A stretch of DNA of 64,000 nucleotides from the human T2T-CHM13v2.0 reference genome, Homo sapiens. The translations under genes were made by a program, and so were the position numbers. Of the stretch, positions 43,456-59,030 are shown piece by piece. The first letter of the stretch is position 1, and each line of letters starts with the position of its first letter. The stretch is taken from assembly GCF_009914755.1 (NCBI RefSeq), contig NC_060927.1, one strand, 5' to 3'. The notes under the pieces are model-generated. The model made no database searches and was not told the DNA's origin. It saw only the letters and a program-made list of their open reading frames with translations.

Positions 43456-44173
43456 TTAAAAGCGAGCACATGGCCTTTATGGAAAATAATTATTCCAACA
43501 GACAAGACCTCTGTTGTATGAAACATATTATTAGTCTTATGTTACAGCACAGACCTGATTTAAGAGTTGGTTATCTTATAACCAACAATAGATAGATCTG
43601 CTACAAACAGATAGATCTGCTTCCATTTAAAAAATCATGGTTAGTGGCAAGAAATTACACTAATGTTACCCCACATTAAGGTTAATTTTTTTTGGATAAT
43701 AATCATCCCTGAATTTCACTGGAGCTTCTGGTCTAAGAGGAATATTGCATATTATATTTTCCCTAACTTTTCTTGAAAGAGGCTCATATCTGTACCTTTA
43801 CATAGCATTATCAATTGTTAATATGTAACACTTACTTTGCTGGTTGAAAATGAGTTTTGGATATCATAACACTTCACCCCTGAATACTTCTCTGCAGGTA
43901 TGTCTTAAGAATAAGGACATGTGCCTATATAATCACAGCACTATTCTCACACCTAAGAAAATTAATTATATAATGTCATTTAAGTTATGCTTCATATTCA
44001 GATTTATCCTGTTATCCCCAAAATGTCTTTTATAGATGTTTTCCCCCAAATCCAGGACCCAAATAAGGCTGTGCACTGCATTTGTAAAATTACATTTTAA
44101 TGACTCTATGCACATGACCTATTTGATCATGGCCTTCGGTCCATGAAATAAGGATGAAATAAGGTTATACAGG

Positions 44174-44462
<289 letters not shown>

Positions 44463-45220
44463 AAGAAACAAGGTTATACAGACAGTAGACATGTTTCATT
44501 AAGAATAATAAGTTTCTCTGCTGGAAGGGGCTCTAAGAGAAAAATTGCGTATTTTCCCTAATTTTTTTTTTTAAAGAGGTTCACGTCTGTCCCTGGAAGT
44601 CATGAAGAAGAACACAGACTTATCCAACTTCTCACAGATGGTCAATTAGTCTGGGCTAGAACACAGCTTGAATAGTTTTCCCTGATGGGCAACTAGCTAC
44701 TTTTCGAAGTAAGCTGTTCTACTGTTACGCAACTCTTAACTCTTTTACATTCTTTATTATAACCAAAGGATAGACTTCACAGGCAATGCATTTGGTATGC
44801 ATCAAATGGAGCCGGTTTTAAAACACCTTTCTAAAACTAGAGCTGTCCAACAAATGACATGTCTTGTTATTAATATTAACAAGATTCATCATAAGGATGA
44901 ATACTGTTTACTATACACTATGTGCTAAAACCATTCACTAGACTATTCTTTGTCCTCATAACTACCCTTGTGAATATTCCTCCCAATTTATAGGAGAGGA
45001 AAAAGAAACTCAGAAAGTTAAGTCACTATACACAAGGTTATAACACCAGCAACGGGGTGAGCTAGGCTGGACTCAGCTGTGGCTTGTTTTTTTATGCCAT
45101 CTGCCCCTCTTCTCTTTGTCACTAGACATGTACAAAGGCTGGGTAACCAGGTGCTAAGGATGCTGCTGATGGGATTCCTGCATCACAGGAGAGACTGGAA
45201 TGCTGCTAAAGCCTCTTCTA

Positions 45221-45658
<438 letters not shown>

Positions 45659-46009
45659 CTAGCTACTCTCATATCCTCAGAGTGCCTGACATAAAAGAAA
45701 CTATTGTCTGAATTGACCACACATAAACAGCGGACTAGACATAACAAAAAATTCTCAAGCAAACAAGACAAGTTTTAGAAGTGATATTTGAAAATTATAA
45801 TAACCCTTGTACTTAGAGAAGGCTTTAGGATTAAAAAGCACTTCCACCTTAATCCTGTGTGGTAGGCGGGACAGATGATTCTCATTCTGTAGATAGGAAA
45901 CTAAAGTCTCGAGGCACACTAGTAATGGAGTTAGAACTCAAACTGAGGGCAAAGCCCTTTTCCCACATACTTGATAGGCTGAAATAATACCAAGAAGACC
46001 TGTGCTATT

Positions 46010-46785
46010 TGGAAAGAGCAATAGGAAAATTGGCCTTGTAAGGCTTTGGTTTTTATATTAAGTGAAATGGAGAGTGTAGACATCAGTGCAGAGGAGTGAC
46101 AGAATCTGACTTACATATTAAAATACGGCTGCTGTATTGAGAACACACTCTGGGGGGCAAGGGTTGAAACAGGGAGCCCATTTAGGAGCTACTCCCATAA
46201 TCCAGGTGAGGTATGATGGTGGCTTGGGCCTGGGTGGCAGTGGAGATGAAGATAGAGCCAACAGGTTTTACTGATAGAGTGAATGTAGGGTGTGTCAAAA
46301 AGTGAGGCATCAAAGATGACTACAAGGTTTTTGTCTTGAGCAACTATAATAATGTACAGCTGTAGTCGCCTTTAGCTGAGATAGGGAATTCTGTGGGTAG
46401 AGCTGGTTTGTGGGAGATCAGGAATTCGATTTTGAGCCTGTTGAGACATCTATTAAAGATGCAAGTGGCAGTGCTGAGTAGGCAGTAGATAAATGGAACT
46501 GGGGTTTGGGAGAGAAGGCTTGTTTAGAGATATAAATCTGAGAATTGTCCTCATGCACATGCTCATAGGCTGAATGTTTTTTTCTGAGTTCACCAAATAA
46601 GTGAGTATAGACAGAGAAGAGGACCGGGTGTATATCAACAGTAAGGGAGAGGAGGAGGAACCAGCGAGGCTGGAGAAAAGCCAGAGGATGTGGAATCCTG
46701 AAACCACACAAAGAAGTATGTCAAGGAGAACTGTCCAATTCAGATAAGAATTGACCACCGGCTTTAACAACTGGACATCATTATA
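46010..46785 (-). mobile_element. L2 remnant
   Basis: CAGAGGAGTGACAGAATCTGACTTAC...ATAATCCAGGTGAGGTATGATGGTGGCTTGG...GTGCTGAGTAGGCAG. Confidence 0.75.
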
Positions 46786-48259
46786 TTGTTACCCTCCTTG
46801 TATTTAAATAAATGTAGATTTGCATCATCATTTTAATGGCTGCAGAGTTTCCTATCACGTGAAATTTATTGAACCAATTATTTCATTATGGACTTTTGGG
46901 TAATTTCCAATTTTTCATTATTATAAACAGTGTTACAATGAACACAGTTTATTCATCATATGTGATTTTGTACATTTCTGTGATTATTTCATTAGAAGAA
47001 ATTTTAGAATTAGAATTCCTGGGTCAGAGAATATTCAAATTACTGCAAGAAAGGCTGTACCAAAACATACACTATTAAGCATGAATATTTTCCCAGTTTT
47101 CTCCAACATTATCAACTCACGAAAAAGTTCAAGTCTGTAGATATTAAAGGACACTCATTTTAGTTTTAGTCTGCACTTTTTCCACTGTATAAAAATTTTT
47201 TTAAAATGGATCTGGCACCATAGGCTTTCTAGGATTCTTGACTTTTATAACCTCAAAGTTCTGTTTCCACTTCAAATAATGTGCCTCCTTCAGACTACAC
47301 GAGAATAACTTTTTTTAAAAAAAGATTTAAGAGATGTTTGCACATAGACATTGGCTGCTAATTGAGACCCAAAGCACAATTTTACTGCATCAAATGTGAA
47401 TGACAGTACAAATGATGACAGTAAGTCAATTATTATAATACCTTTGATTTGGGCCAGATTTAAGAAGCTGAAAATTGAGCAGAAAGAGTTTTTCTGTAAC
47501 TTTGCTTTTAAATTAGAGCAAGAGATAAGCCAATGTGTCCACCAAACTATCAGGTAAGGGCTTGTTTGTAGAAAAAGTATTTAAATAAGTCTAAAATAGG
47601 CAATATATTATTTTCCCTGGCAGTATTTTAATTATAAGAAATTTATATTAAATGCAGAGTAAAAATAATATGAAGTACTCTGGATGTTCTTTTGAGGACT
47701 AAAGTTTGAGAGAAAACTAGTTTAATTTTATGTTGATGTATTTAATGAAAATTATTTAATATTTGCTTATTCATCAAAAAAAGTGGGACAGTAGGAAAAC
47801 CACAAAAAATTATTTCTGTTCTTTCCGTTCCTCATATCTATCACTTTAAATGATTCTGAGTCCTAATTGTGTGGACAATGGTTTCTCTTGAGTGATGGTT
47901 ATATCTGCAAAGTTTGGATAATTTTCTAGGACTTGAACTGTTCAGCTTATAGCTGTGAAATTTAGTGCATGTTTGATTCTGTCTCTATTTAGAATTGATT
48001 TCACATTGAAATAAGTCTCTCTATTTCTATTTTAAAATAGGCCAGATGGAAAATGGAGTGAAACTGCATTTTTTAAGTGAAAAAAATGGTTGTAGTCTAG
48101 GCCACAATATTTATCTTTGGGAATGTTTCCTAATAAAAAGAGGCTAAAATTGACGCAATGTTTTTGTGGTGCTTTTAAATATATTATCTGTGTTTGCCAT
48201 TGGGGCAAAGTGAAAATAATTATTGAAGAACAACTGCCTCTTTAACACAATTTGAAAAA

Positions 48260-49619
48260 TGCGAAGTAAAAGAAAGCACCTAGAAACAAAGTTAGCATAA
48301 GATCAGCATTAAAAAAATGAATTATTTACTGTAGAATAATCTTCCTCCCCACCAATAATAAAAACCCAAAGCTTTATTGAAGAACAATAAAATATTCATA
48401 TAAATTGAAGTCCATACCTTGTTCTTCAACAAGATGACTCAATATTATAAAGGTGTCAGTTCTTTTCTTCATCTATAAATCCGCTATAATTCCAATTTTA
48501 TAAAACTAGTAAGAACTTGAGAGAACGTGAGTAAACAATTCTAAAGTCCATGTGGAAGAATTAATGTTTATGAATAACCAAGATTATTTTGAAAAAGAAT
48601 ACTAATTTGAAGAAGTGGTATGGCAAAAAGTAGTCTTAAAATGCACAGCCACAATAATTACATGGTATCACACTGGCATGCAAGTAAACAGACTTTCAAT
48701 ATGGCATAACAGAGAGACTAGCGAGAAGCCAGAACAGATAGTGATTCAGTGTATCTTAAAGGTGGACTGCAGATAAGAGAGGCGAAGAGTCCTACTACGT
48801 ATCGTAAGGTTCCAGATCATCTGGTTAGTTGAGAAAAAGAGTCAGGACCCCGACCTCACTTCTTACACTAAAATACACTGCAGATGTTAATTGTAAAAAG
48901 TAAAACCAAACAAGCACCAGGAGAAGACACAAGTAAATGTTTAATCTTAGGCTGAGGAAGCTATTCTAAGCATACAGAAAAAGGCAGGTGGGGAAAAAAA
49001 AGAAAAAAACAGATTGATTTGATTAATAAGAATTGAAAAATTTCCCCCAAATTCTCCAAAGATGACTAAAAGCCAACAGGCAAACAAAATTTGCAACACA
49101 TATGACAAAGGAATAAGCATCCTACACATATTTAAAATACTTATAAATCATTAAAAGAAAGTTAAACAACAACCCCATTAAAAAGTGGGCAAAAGACAAT
49201 GGAAAAGACATTTTTGAAAAGAAGACACACAAGCAGCCAACAAACATAAAAAAATGCTGAACATCATTAATTATCAGATAAATGCAAATTAAAACCACAC
49301 AAGATACCATTTCACACCAATCAGAATGACTATTATTAAAAAGTCAAAAAACAACAGCTGTTGGTGAGGATGTGGAGAAAAGGGAATGCATATACACTGT
49401 TGGTGATAACAGAAATTAGTATAACCTCTATAGGAGACAGTATGGACACTTCTCAAAGAGCTAAATATAGAACTATCATTCAATACAACAATCCCACAAC
49501 TGGGTATCTACCTAAGTTGTCCTAAAAATGACACCTGCACTTGTATGTTTATCACAGCACTATTCACAATAGCACAGTGTTGGAATCAACCTAAATGTCC
49601 TGAGCAGACAATTACATAA

Positions 49620-49669
<50 letters not shown>

Positions 49670-50640
49670 AGAGAAAACTACTCAGCCATAAATAAGAATG
49701 AAATCATGTATTTTGTAGCAACATGCATGGAGTTGGAAGCCATTATCCTAAATGAAATAACAGAAAGTTAAATACTGCGTGTTCTCACTTATAAGTGGGA
49801 GCAAAACAGTACATACACATGGATGTACAGAGTGGAATAACTGACGTTGGAGACTCCAAAAGGTGGGTGGGTAGAGGTGGAGTGAAGGATGAGAAATCAC
49901 CTAATGGGTACAATGTACACTATTTGGGTGACAGTTACACTAAAAGCCCAGACTTCACCCCTACACAATGTATCCAGGTAACAAAACTGTACCTGTACTC
50001 CTTAATTGTATAAAAATAATAAAAAAAGAAAGTTAAACCTTCCATCGTAATGGGCAAAGGATACAAATAAACTAGGCAATTTATGAAAAAAATTATACAT
50101 GGCTAATAAACACATTTTTAATTCTAAAAAATGTGAATTAAAATGGTGAAATTCCATGTGAAATCTAACAAATTGGTGAAGATTAAATAAACTCAGTCAA
50201 GATAGAAGGAATAAGCCCTCTAAAATATTGCCAGTGATATAATAAGAGATCAAAGGAGACAATAAAGAAGGTGAACAAGAAGGTATCTACAAACATACCC
50301 ATTTTTTTATATCAGCAAAAATATCTGCCAAACAATGAGGGATTAAAGGAATTATGGCATACACATACAATAAAATATAATGTAGCCATTAACATATTGT
50401 AGAAGAATACTCGATGACATGGAAAATGTGTGTAACATTGTTTAAATAATAAAAAACATGTAGGCCTGCAAAATTCTAATTTTGTTTTAAAAAGGGAATA
50501 CAATATATTAATATCTATGTATAGAAAAAAGTGGAATGACATATACCAAATGTTAAAACTGTTATCACAAGGTGATGGTATTACAGATGAATTTAATTTT
50601 CTTACTGGTTTTCTGTATTTGCCAAATTTGTACATAAAAA
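48260..50640 (+). mobile_element. L1 cluster (L1MA-like 3' end at ~49165-50030 inside an older L1M), with (CA)n at 49625-49668
   Basis: AACCCCATTAAAAAGTGGGCAAAAGAC...TTCTCACTTATAAGTGGGAGC...AAAAGCCCAGACTTCACC. Confidence 0.75.
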
Positions 50641-51713
50641 TGTGCTGTAATCAAAAACCTCTACCTTCTATAATTATTACACATTTAAAAAGTTATAAAG
50701 AAACTCATGACTTTAAAGAGAATTCTTAAGTTCTTACGGAACTGAAAAGATATAACATACATTCCAGCTTACAAAAGGAAGTATTTGTCTTTTATGTATG
50801 CCGCAGTAGGCAATCAATGGGTTAATTAGCAGGGTACCAATTTTTAAATTCTCCTCTGCTAAACAAAACAAATTACCATTAGAAGCTAATTGAATTATCA
50901 ATGGTTTGAAAATCTTCTTACTGGCAAATCAAGTAGTAACAAAGGCAATAAATACAGCAATAAAAGTTGTTAGAAGGTATTGATAGATTTTGAGGGATGG
51001 ATTTTTTGAGCTACTTAGACAGAGACAGCAGAATGTCTCTACAACTGAGGCTTATGTTGGTCTTGGAAGCCGAAGTCTGGATTGGTAGGAATGAGCGAAG
51101 TGGCCTCTGCCTTTGCCGGGAGTTAAGTGCTCACTAAGCGCCCATCTGCAAGTGAGCCAGTTTCCAAAAGGGACCATTTAACACAAAGAAAACAACAGGC
51201 TGCAGCGCAGTGCCCTTCCCGAAAGGGCATAACGCACTGATCTTAACTATATCGGGGCCACCTGCTGCATCCCACTATACAGTCCTCACCAAAATTGCAT
51301 TATGGCAAATATAGTTCTAGAATCATAAAACTGTGGACTTCCTACAAAGGCCTAGAGTTGGGAGAGTAGTCAGGGTGTTCCACAGCCGGTGGGGAAATGA
51401 GTGTCTGCAGGGAGCAAGGGAAACAGTGAAAGGAGACGAGATTATATTACTTGTTCCTTGTGAGATAAGAAGCCATTGGACAGTAGTGAGCAGAGAAGCA
51501 ACATGATCTAGAAGGTTCTAGAGGGACCACTGTGTTGAGAAAACACAACAGGGGACGTGGACAGTTACAGCGCAGCCCTTGAAAGTTCTAAATAACACTT
51601 TATTGAATGGACTTATTTAGGATCGCACAGCTGAAACGAGCCCAGCTTCCTAGCCCAGTATTCTCTCTGCTTCACCACAGATTAGTTTAAAATTTGCATC
51701 TTCTTGCCAAAGA

Positions 51714-51747
51714 TCAGGGATCTTCGACACCTGGAGTCATTTTAGAC
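51714..51747 (-). CDS. PLD1: PLD1 alternative terminal exon, coding part (R)SKMTPGVEDP*
   Basis: cttctgttttcAG|G TCT AAA ATG ACT CCA GGT GTC GAA GAT CCC TGA is in phase with the 52392 donor. AATAAA lies on the minus strand at 51599-51604. The peptide matches my recollection of the C-terminally truncated PLD1 splice isoform. Confidence 0.8.
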
Positions 51748-51922
51748 CTGAAAACAGAAGTTTCCACATTTAAATTTTACACCAGCAGTCACTGGCATAC
51801 CCCTTCAATAATTTTTATTATATCCTTGTATTACTGGAATTAATTTGATTTTAAAAACTTAAATGGAAGCTGGAGGGTTTGACCTGGTCTAGTCCTAATT
51901 CAGTTAAGGACTAGTATTTAAT

Positions 51923-52160
51923 TGGCTCACGTCTGTAATCCCAGTGCTTTGAGAGGCCAAGGCAGGAGGATCACTTAAAGCCAGGAGTTTGAGACCAGCC
52001 TGGGCAGCACAGCGAGACACGGTATCTACAAAAAATTTTTAAAAATTAGCTGGGTGTGGTGACACGGGCCTGTAGTCCCAGCTACTCGGAATGCTGAGCC
52101 AGGAGGATTGCTTGAGCCTAGGAATTCAAGGATGCAATGAGCTGTAACTGCACCACTGCA
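51923..52160 (+). mobile_element. AluJ-type fragment lacking both ends
   Basis: TGGCTCACGTCTGTAATCCC...CACCACTGCA, with no Alu start and no tail. Confidence 0.88.
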
Positions 52161-52366
52161 GTTTTTTCTACTGCACGTGACAGTAATAAAAAGCTATTAA
52201 AATAAAAAATATTCATGTACCACCTAAAGTCATTTCGCATACTACTGGTGGTACATATCCTATATTCTGGGACACACTGTTTTAGATGAAGAAGAACCTA
52301 GGATGACCCATGTGCTCAGGGCTAGCGGGGCTGGGTCCCAGCGACTGCTGCAGTGGAAATGCATCA

Positions 52367-52657
<291 letters not shown>

Positions 52658-52769
52658 TCAAGGGAAGATGTGTTTTTAGGGAGGTGGGGCCCTCCCTAAC
52701 CCAGGGGTGAATCTTAATCAGTCTAAGCCAGCCATGGTAATTTCATTATTTTTATTAGTGACTGGCTTA

Positions 52770-53313
<544 letters not shown>

Positions 53314-55539
53314 GAAGAAAGATTCTGGGTCTTTAAGTCATTGAATTAGCCAACCTTTGAATATTCTTACCTTCTGTCATGTGAAATAATATATTTTCCT
53401 TATTTTCTACATTGTTCCTTATTGTTTCACACACACTTCTAGTTGAGTTTTCTACCTTGTGGCACAAAAGATTCTAACTGTTACAATCATCAAGCACTTG
53501 AAAAAAGGCATGCCTACCAGTTCAGTAGGAAAGATGGCTTTGCTTTTGGAGTTAAGAATCAGGCTCTCTGTAGGCTTTAACTCAAAGTCACATAACTGTG
53601 AATGTCAAAACTCAAGAGTACCTTCATAATTAATAGAGTATAATCTCAAATACAGATTGTCATTTGTGGCTTTGGGCTTTCTGCTTTCTTGCCTCCCTCA
53701 CTTGTGTAGCATGCCAATAGCTTCTGTAGCAACTTTCCTCCATTCTATTTTTTAAAATTATTAATTCTCTTTATTAGCTCAATACCTGGTTCATTCAAGG
53801 AGTCCATTTTTTTTTTTAAATCCAAGTGAGCTGAGAATGTTGACTTTTACATGTGAAGGGCAAATATTTTGCTATTAGTTCAACCTGTGCTTTCTGCAGT
53901 CCTCTGCTGTGTATTCAGGAACCTCATCACGTTTTTTTGCATTAATCTCTGCAGATTCATGCATTTGAATCCTTGAGGTGTCCTGCAAACTACAGAAAGG
54001 GCCTGACTGACTCTTCTTGTTCCTCTTGCTCTAGCTGCAACAACTCCACTGCTTCTTCAGACGTGGAGCAGAAGGGTCAGGTTGAACAGGCACCCTGGCG
54101 GCCCTCTGACTGGAGCAGCCAGAGCTATAAGGTGACAGCAGCCCTACCAGAGCTCAAATGGTGAGATGAATGAGAAAAGCTGCCCTTTCCTGAAGAGACT
54201 TTACTGCCTGTTGCCAGAATATTGTCATGTGGTTAATATATAAATCTATGATGACTATGGATGTGAGTGTTTCCCCATGGTGGCCCTGGGTAACAGAGAA
54301 AGGATCGAGCACCCTACAGAAATGTGAGAATGCTACTGGAGTGCTGCTGAAAAGTGGGAACCTTTGAAACACTTTGTTTTGTTAGCACCAAATCATCCTT
54401 TATACATAGACTTACATCGTGGTTATGCTATAAAATTTGCAGCTATATCTTTGAGCTTGACAGTTGCCCCAACATTAATTTGGGCAATTCACTTAATCTT
54501 TCTCAGCTTTAATATAATCTTTCATAAATTGAGATAATAATATAGACCTTGTAGGGATATTGTGGGAATTAAGTAAGACCATGTGAAAGCACTTAATGAT
54601 TTACAAGCTGCTCTACAAATGTTAATTATTACTGGCATTATTATCAGATCCTTGTTAACTCTACAATAACTGCACCGGAGAATGCTGCCATAGGAACCGA
54701 CCATTTGATGGAATGTAGCATTTGTTTAAAGAAGCCTCCTCTCTGGCTTAATCGCCCCATGTGTGAACTGTAGGAGCTCAAAGATTGAAGATCCCATATT
54801 GCTACTTTAGGACTTTTACTGTGCCCCTGGAGCCAGCAGAGGCCGCTGTCAGGCGGGGGCTGCTGGATTGAACTGACATCACTGCTTTGTTTCGGGTCAG
54901 GAGAACCTGGGATGTGAGCCAGCCTGGAAAGCCCCCTCCGCACACACATTCTCCCACGCGCCCCCATTCCTCTCCCACCACAGTGGGCCCCGACACTCCC
55001 GAGGTGAGGAATACATTTCCAGCATTCTGAGCTGGAATTATTAGACAGAGGGTGTCGTTCTTGTATTTTAAGGGCCAACATGGAATTACCCAGATAACTG
55101 ACTCTCCACCACATTAAATAAGTGTGTTGGCTGCTATTTAATAGGCATGTGAGGAAAGAAATGAGAAAATTTTAGATGAATGAATAAATTAGATATAATA
55201 AGATATGATGGATGTAAATGCTCCCTCCATTTGTTCCTGTATTCTGAAAATCAAATTCAGAAGAACAGTTGTAGTATTACCCTATTTTTATACAACATAT
55301 GAGGAAGAAGACAGAACAAGAGATCTAGAAAGATACACACTGAACTGTTAACAATAGTAGGTGCTTTTCAGTGAAGAGAGAGAAGAAAATAAGGGGAATT
55401 TTGGTCTTTTACTCTATAAGCATCCTTCTTGTTTATATGACCTGTTCTGAGTGCTATTAGAAAACATTCTAAAAATTGTGAATATGGCAAAATACAAAAG
55501 GCTATATGAAAATATGTGTGTAAAACTTAAGCAATAATA

Positions 55540-56475
55540 AAATAGTCATCACTGAATTTATTACCCTGGCCAAAAACAATATTACCACATCCCAGAAGGC
55601 TTTGTGCACCTTCCCATGCATACCCTTCCCTCCCCAAGAGGAAGACTTGATGTTTAACTTTGTGTTCATCATGCTCTGAATGTTTTCCTAAACAACAAAA
55701 AAAGAGTTTACTTCTGACTTGTTTTTAATTTATATAAGTGGAATCATATATCAGATAGTCCTTTGAGATTTGCTTCTTTCATTCAGTCTTATGTCTTTGA
55801 GATTTTTCTGTACATAATTGTAATGCATTTCTTTTCCTTGAATGAACACACTAGGGATTTCTTTATTTATTCTGCTATTGATGGATGTTTGGGTTGCTTC
55901 CAGAGTTTTGCTGTGATGCACAATTCTGCTCTACATAGCTGAGTATTTGTTTCTTGGTATAGACATGTGTGAGTTTCTTAGGCTCTGTATGTAGGCGTGG
56001 GTTGCTAAGCTGCAGGGTGTATGACTTTACTAGGTAACACCAGAATGTTTTCCAACTTACACTCCCAACAGCAGTGGAGGGGAGTCTGTATTGCTCCACA
56101 GCCATGCCAATACTTAGATTGCCCAACTTTTAACTGTTTGCCAGTCTGGTATTTTTAAAAACTCTTATTTGTCTCATGTTAATGAGAAGCAACATTTTTT
56201 CACATGCTTATGAGGCTTGGGTATGTTCTTTTTGATGAAGTTCCTATACAATTTCTTTGCCCATTTTTCTTTGGACATTTGTTTTTTCTTATTGATTTAT
56301 AGGAGTTCTTTATGTGTTCTGTGTATTAAATGGGTTGCAAATATTTCAGTTTGTGGTTTATCTTTTTATTCTCTTTACAGTACCTTTTAATGAAGAAATT
56401 TCTGAATTTTAATGCAGTTGGATTTATCTTTCCTTTGTGGTTTGTGCTTATTTTGTGTGTCTCACTTAGAAATTG
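55540..56475 (-). mobile_element. Old L1ME-type remnant
   Basis: TTGATGGATGTTTGGGTTGCTTCCAG...CTTACACTCCCAACAGCAGT...TTTCTTTGCCCATTTTTCT. Confidence 0.7.
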
Positions 56476-56484
56476 TGAATCCTT

Positions 56485-57000
56485 GTGTGGTATGCAGAAT
56501 AGCAGCTCTCCAAAATGTCCGTGTTCAAATCTCCGAAAACTGTGAATATATGTTCAATGGCAAAGGCGAACTAAGGCTGTATATGGAATTAAGGTTGCTA
56601 ATCAGCTAACTTTAAAAATAGAGTGAGTAGCCTGGATTATACAGGTGGACCCAATACAATCATAAGATCTGTAAAAGTGAAAGGGAGTCAGACTGAGTTA
56701 TGATTACAGAAGAATGGGTTGAGACTTTTGGGGATTTTCAGAGATAGAATGTTGCTGACTTTAAAGGTGGAAGAAGGGGCTGTGAGCCAAGGAATGCAGG
56801 CAGCCTCTAGAAACAAGGAAATGGACTCTCCCTAATGGCCTCTAAAAGAATGCAACAGCCCTGCTCACACTCTGATTTTAGTCCTGTGGGACTCACGCTG
56901 AATTTCTAACCTACTGAAGTGTCAGATAATAAATTTGTGTTGTTTTAAGCTACTAAGTTTGTGGTCATTTGTTACAGCAGTAATGGGAAACGAACGCACG
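56485..57000 (+). mobile_element. MLT1C/D-type MaLR LTR
   Basis: TGTGGTATGCAGAATAGCAGC...GAGCCAAGGAATGCAGGCAGCCTCTAGAA...ATAATAAATTTGTGTTGTTTTAAGCTACTAAGTTTGTGGTCATTTGTTACAGCAG. Confidence 0.85.
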
Positions 57001-58768
57001 AACTCTACCCCGTTTTAGTTTGTTTTGAAGGAAAACTGGTTCTTCTATTGAGCACACTGGGCTACTCTGTCTTTTCTGCCTACTTGTATTTCCTTTGCCT
57101 CCAGGTCAGAAGTTCTCAGCTCTGACCACATATGAGCATTACCTAGGAAAGCTAACAAGGAAGCTTTTTAAAAAATACTGATGCCAAAAACAAAACCAAA
57201 AAAACCCAAATGCCTGGCCCCAAACCAGACCAACTAGATCATAATTTCTAGAAATAAGAACCAGGCATTGGTATACCACTCCATCCCTGTATCCATTGTT
57301 AATTTATATTTTTGTTTTGATCCATTTAAAAGCAAATTGCAGACATGAGGAAATATCCCCCTCTTTACTGGGGCAGCCCTTCAACTCCAGCCTCTCATCT
57401 GCCACAGTGAAGCCTGCTCTTTAAATCCTGAGACTCATGAGCTCGACTTAGTTTCTCCTCCTACCCACACTTGTTGATTGCCCCTGAACCTTCTTGTTCT
57501 GGTTTGGCAACATCCATCCTAGTGTTTCTGCTCTCATATGGAAGGAGTAGCTGCCTCTCCTCCAGCCAGTGATCTCTGGGAGGGCAGTGGCGCTGTTTTA
57601 CTCACGTTTCGCATCTCTCTATTGTGCTTTGCAGTGGGTTAGTGAACATTAAAAACAACCGTTTCACTTAGTCATCAGGATAGGCTTAAAATCTACTTGA
57701 AGGGGAGCTTGGCTTTGTTTTGGAAACCAAATATATGTGTGTCTGGTTAAAGGCTAAAATTAAGATAGGTAAGAAAACTGGATTTGGTCACAGATTTCAT
57801 GACCAGCAGGGTTACCCAGGGCCACAGGCAATTAAAGCTATGCACAAAAGAGATCTTCAGTGTGAGAAAACAAATATTTCCTCATGAGGAGTAAAATGAA
57901 GATAAATGGTCATTTTTCTTATGTCAGCTATTCAATCATTCTGGCATAAGTTTGCCATGGAAGAAAAATTAATCATACATTACTTAAACCTCCTTTAAAT
58001 GTTTAAATACTTCCTTAACACCTATAAAATATTCTCAACCTAACTTCTCAAACTCGTCTCTGAGAATTTTAAACACTGTTTTCTGTGTTAGGAACTTAAA
58101 TAGGGTGAATGTGTTAGAACAGTAACAATAAACCTGCTTATTCTTGAGTTTCCACCGAGATAAAAAGAACAAAAGAAACTCTGGATTTTTTCCTTGGGAG
58201 AAATCGATTCTCTAAGGCACTTGGGGAAGGAAAAAAGGAATCCAGCCTCCAAGGACTAGCAAGTAAGACCTCTTTAGACTCCCAGGGCCATATCCTCAGT
58301 TTCAAGAGAATGTGTAAGAATTGTGTGCAAAATTGATCAAGTATTGCTAAACAAAATAAATTGGAGTCTTTGAGTGTTTAGAGACTTTTCCAGAAAATAA
58401 GTCAATTAAAAACCTCAACAAATTTATTTAACTGTTAGCTCTGTTACCAAAAACTAATTTGTATTTATACTTCATGTAAAGTAAACGAGGCTGAAAGTCA
58501 AAATGACCTTTCAAAAAAATATTTACATCTGTCAGTTTTTACTTCAAGGCTTCTGAAATCTTGGTGAAGAAATATGTGGCTTTGTTTATTTTTCCATTTC
58601 AGCAAACATCAATAGTTTTTATTTCTTACTGTCATTGTCAAATTTAATTCCAAAGTATTCTGAGATTTGCTTTTGAAGAGCAAGTCAGAGTAGCTCAGGA
58701 GAAATAAATGAAATCTTGAGTATTAGGGCAAATGGGGGAATAAATAAACTCCTAAAGAGCTTTTATCC

Positions 58769-58824
58769 CTATAGGCCAGGAGATAAAAGAACAGTATTTT
58801 TTAAATGTGCTATACAAATATTAA

Positions 58825-58872
<48 letters not shown>

Positions 58873-59030
58873 CTCACCATACTGTGGTTTACACAGTTTC
58901 TGGCTATAGACGAGGAGATAAAGGAACAATATTATTTTAATGTGCTATACAAATATTAAAAGTGTGTGTGCGTGTGTGTGTGTGTGTGTGTATGTATCTC
59001 ACCACACTGTGGTTTACACAGTTTCTGGCT
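58769..59030. repeat. Tandem duplication (~135 bp x 2), each unit containing a (GT)n
   Basis: CTATAG..AGGAGATAAA..AACA.TATT.TTT.AATGTGCTATACAAATATTAAAAG(TG)n..TATCTCACCA.ACTGTGGTTTACACAGTTTCTGGCT occurs twice. Confidence 0.95.

Noticed and set aside
51215-51265. Faint resemblance to the U2 snRNA 5' end on the minus strand, plus a small hairpin
   Set aside because: The match is too short and gapped, with no TSD or tail.
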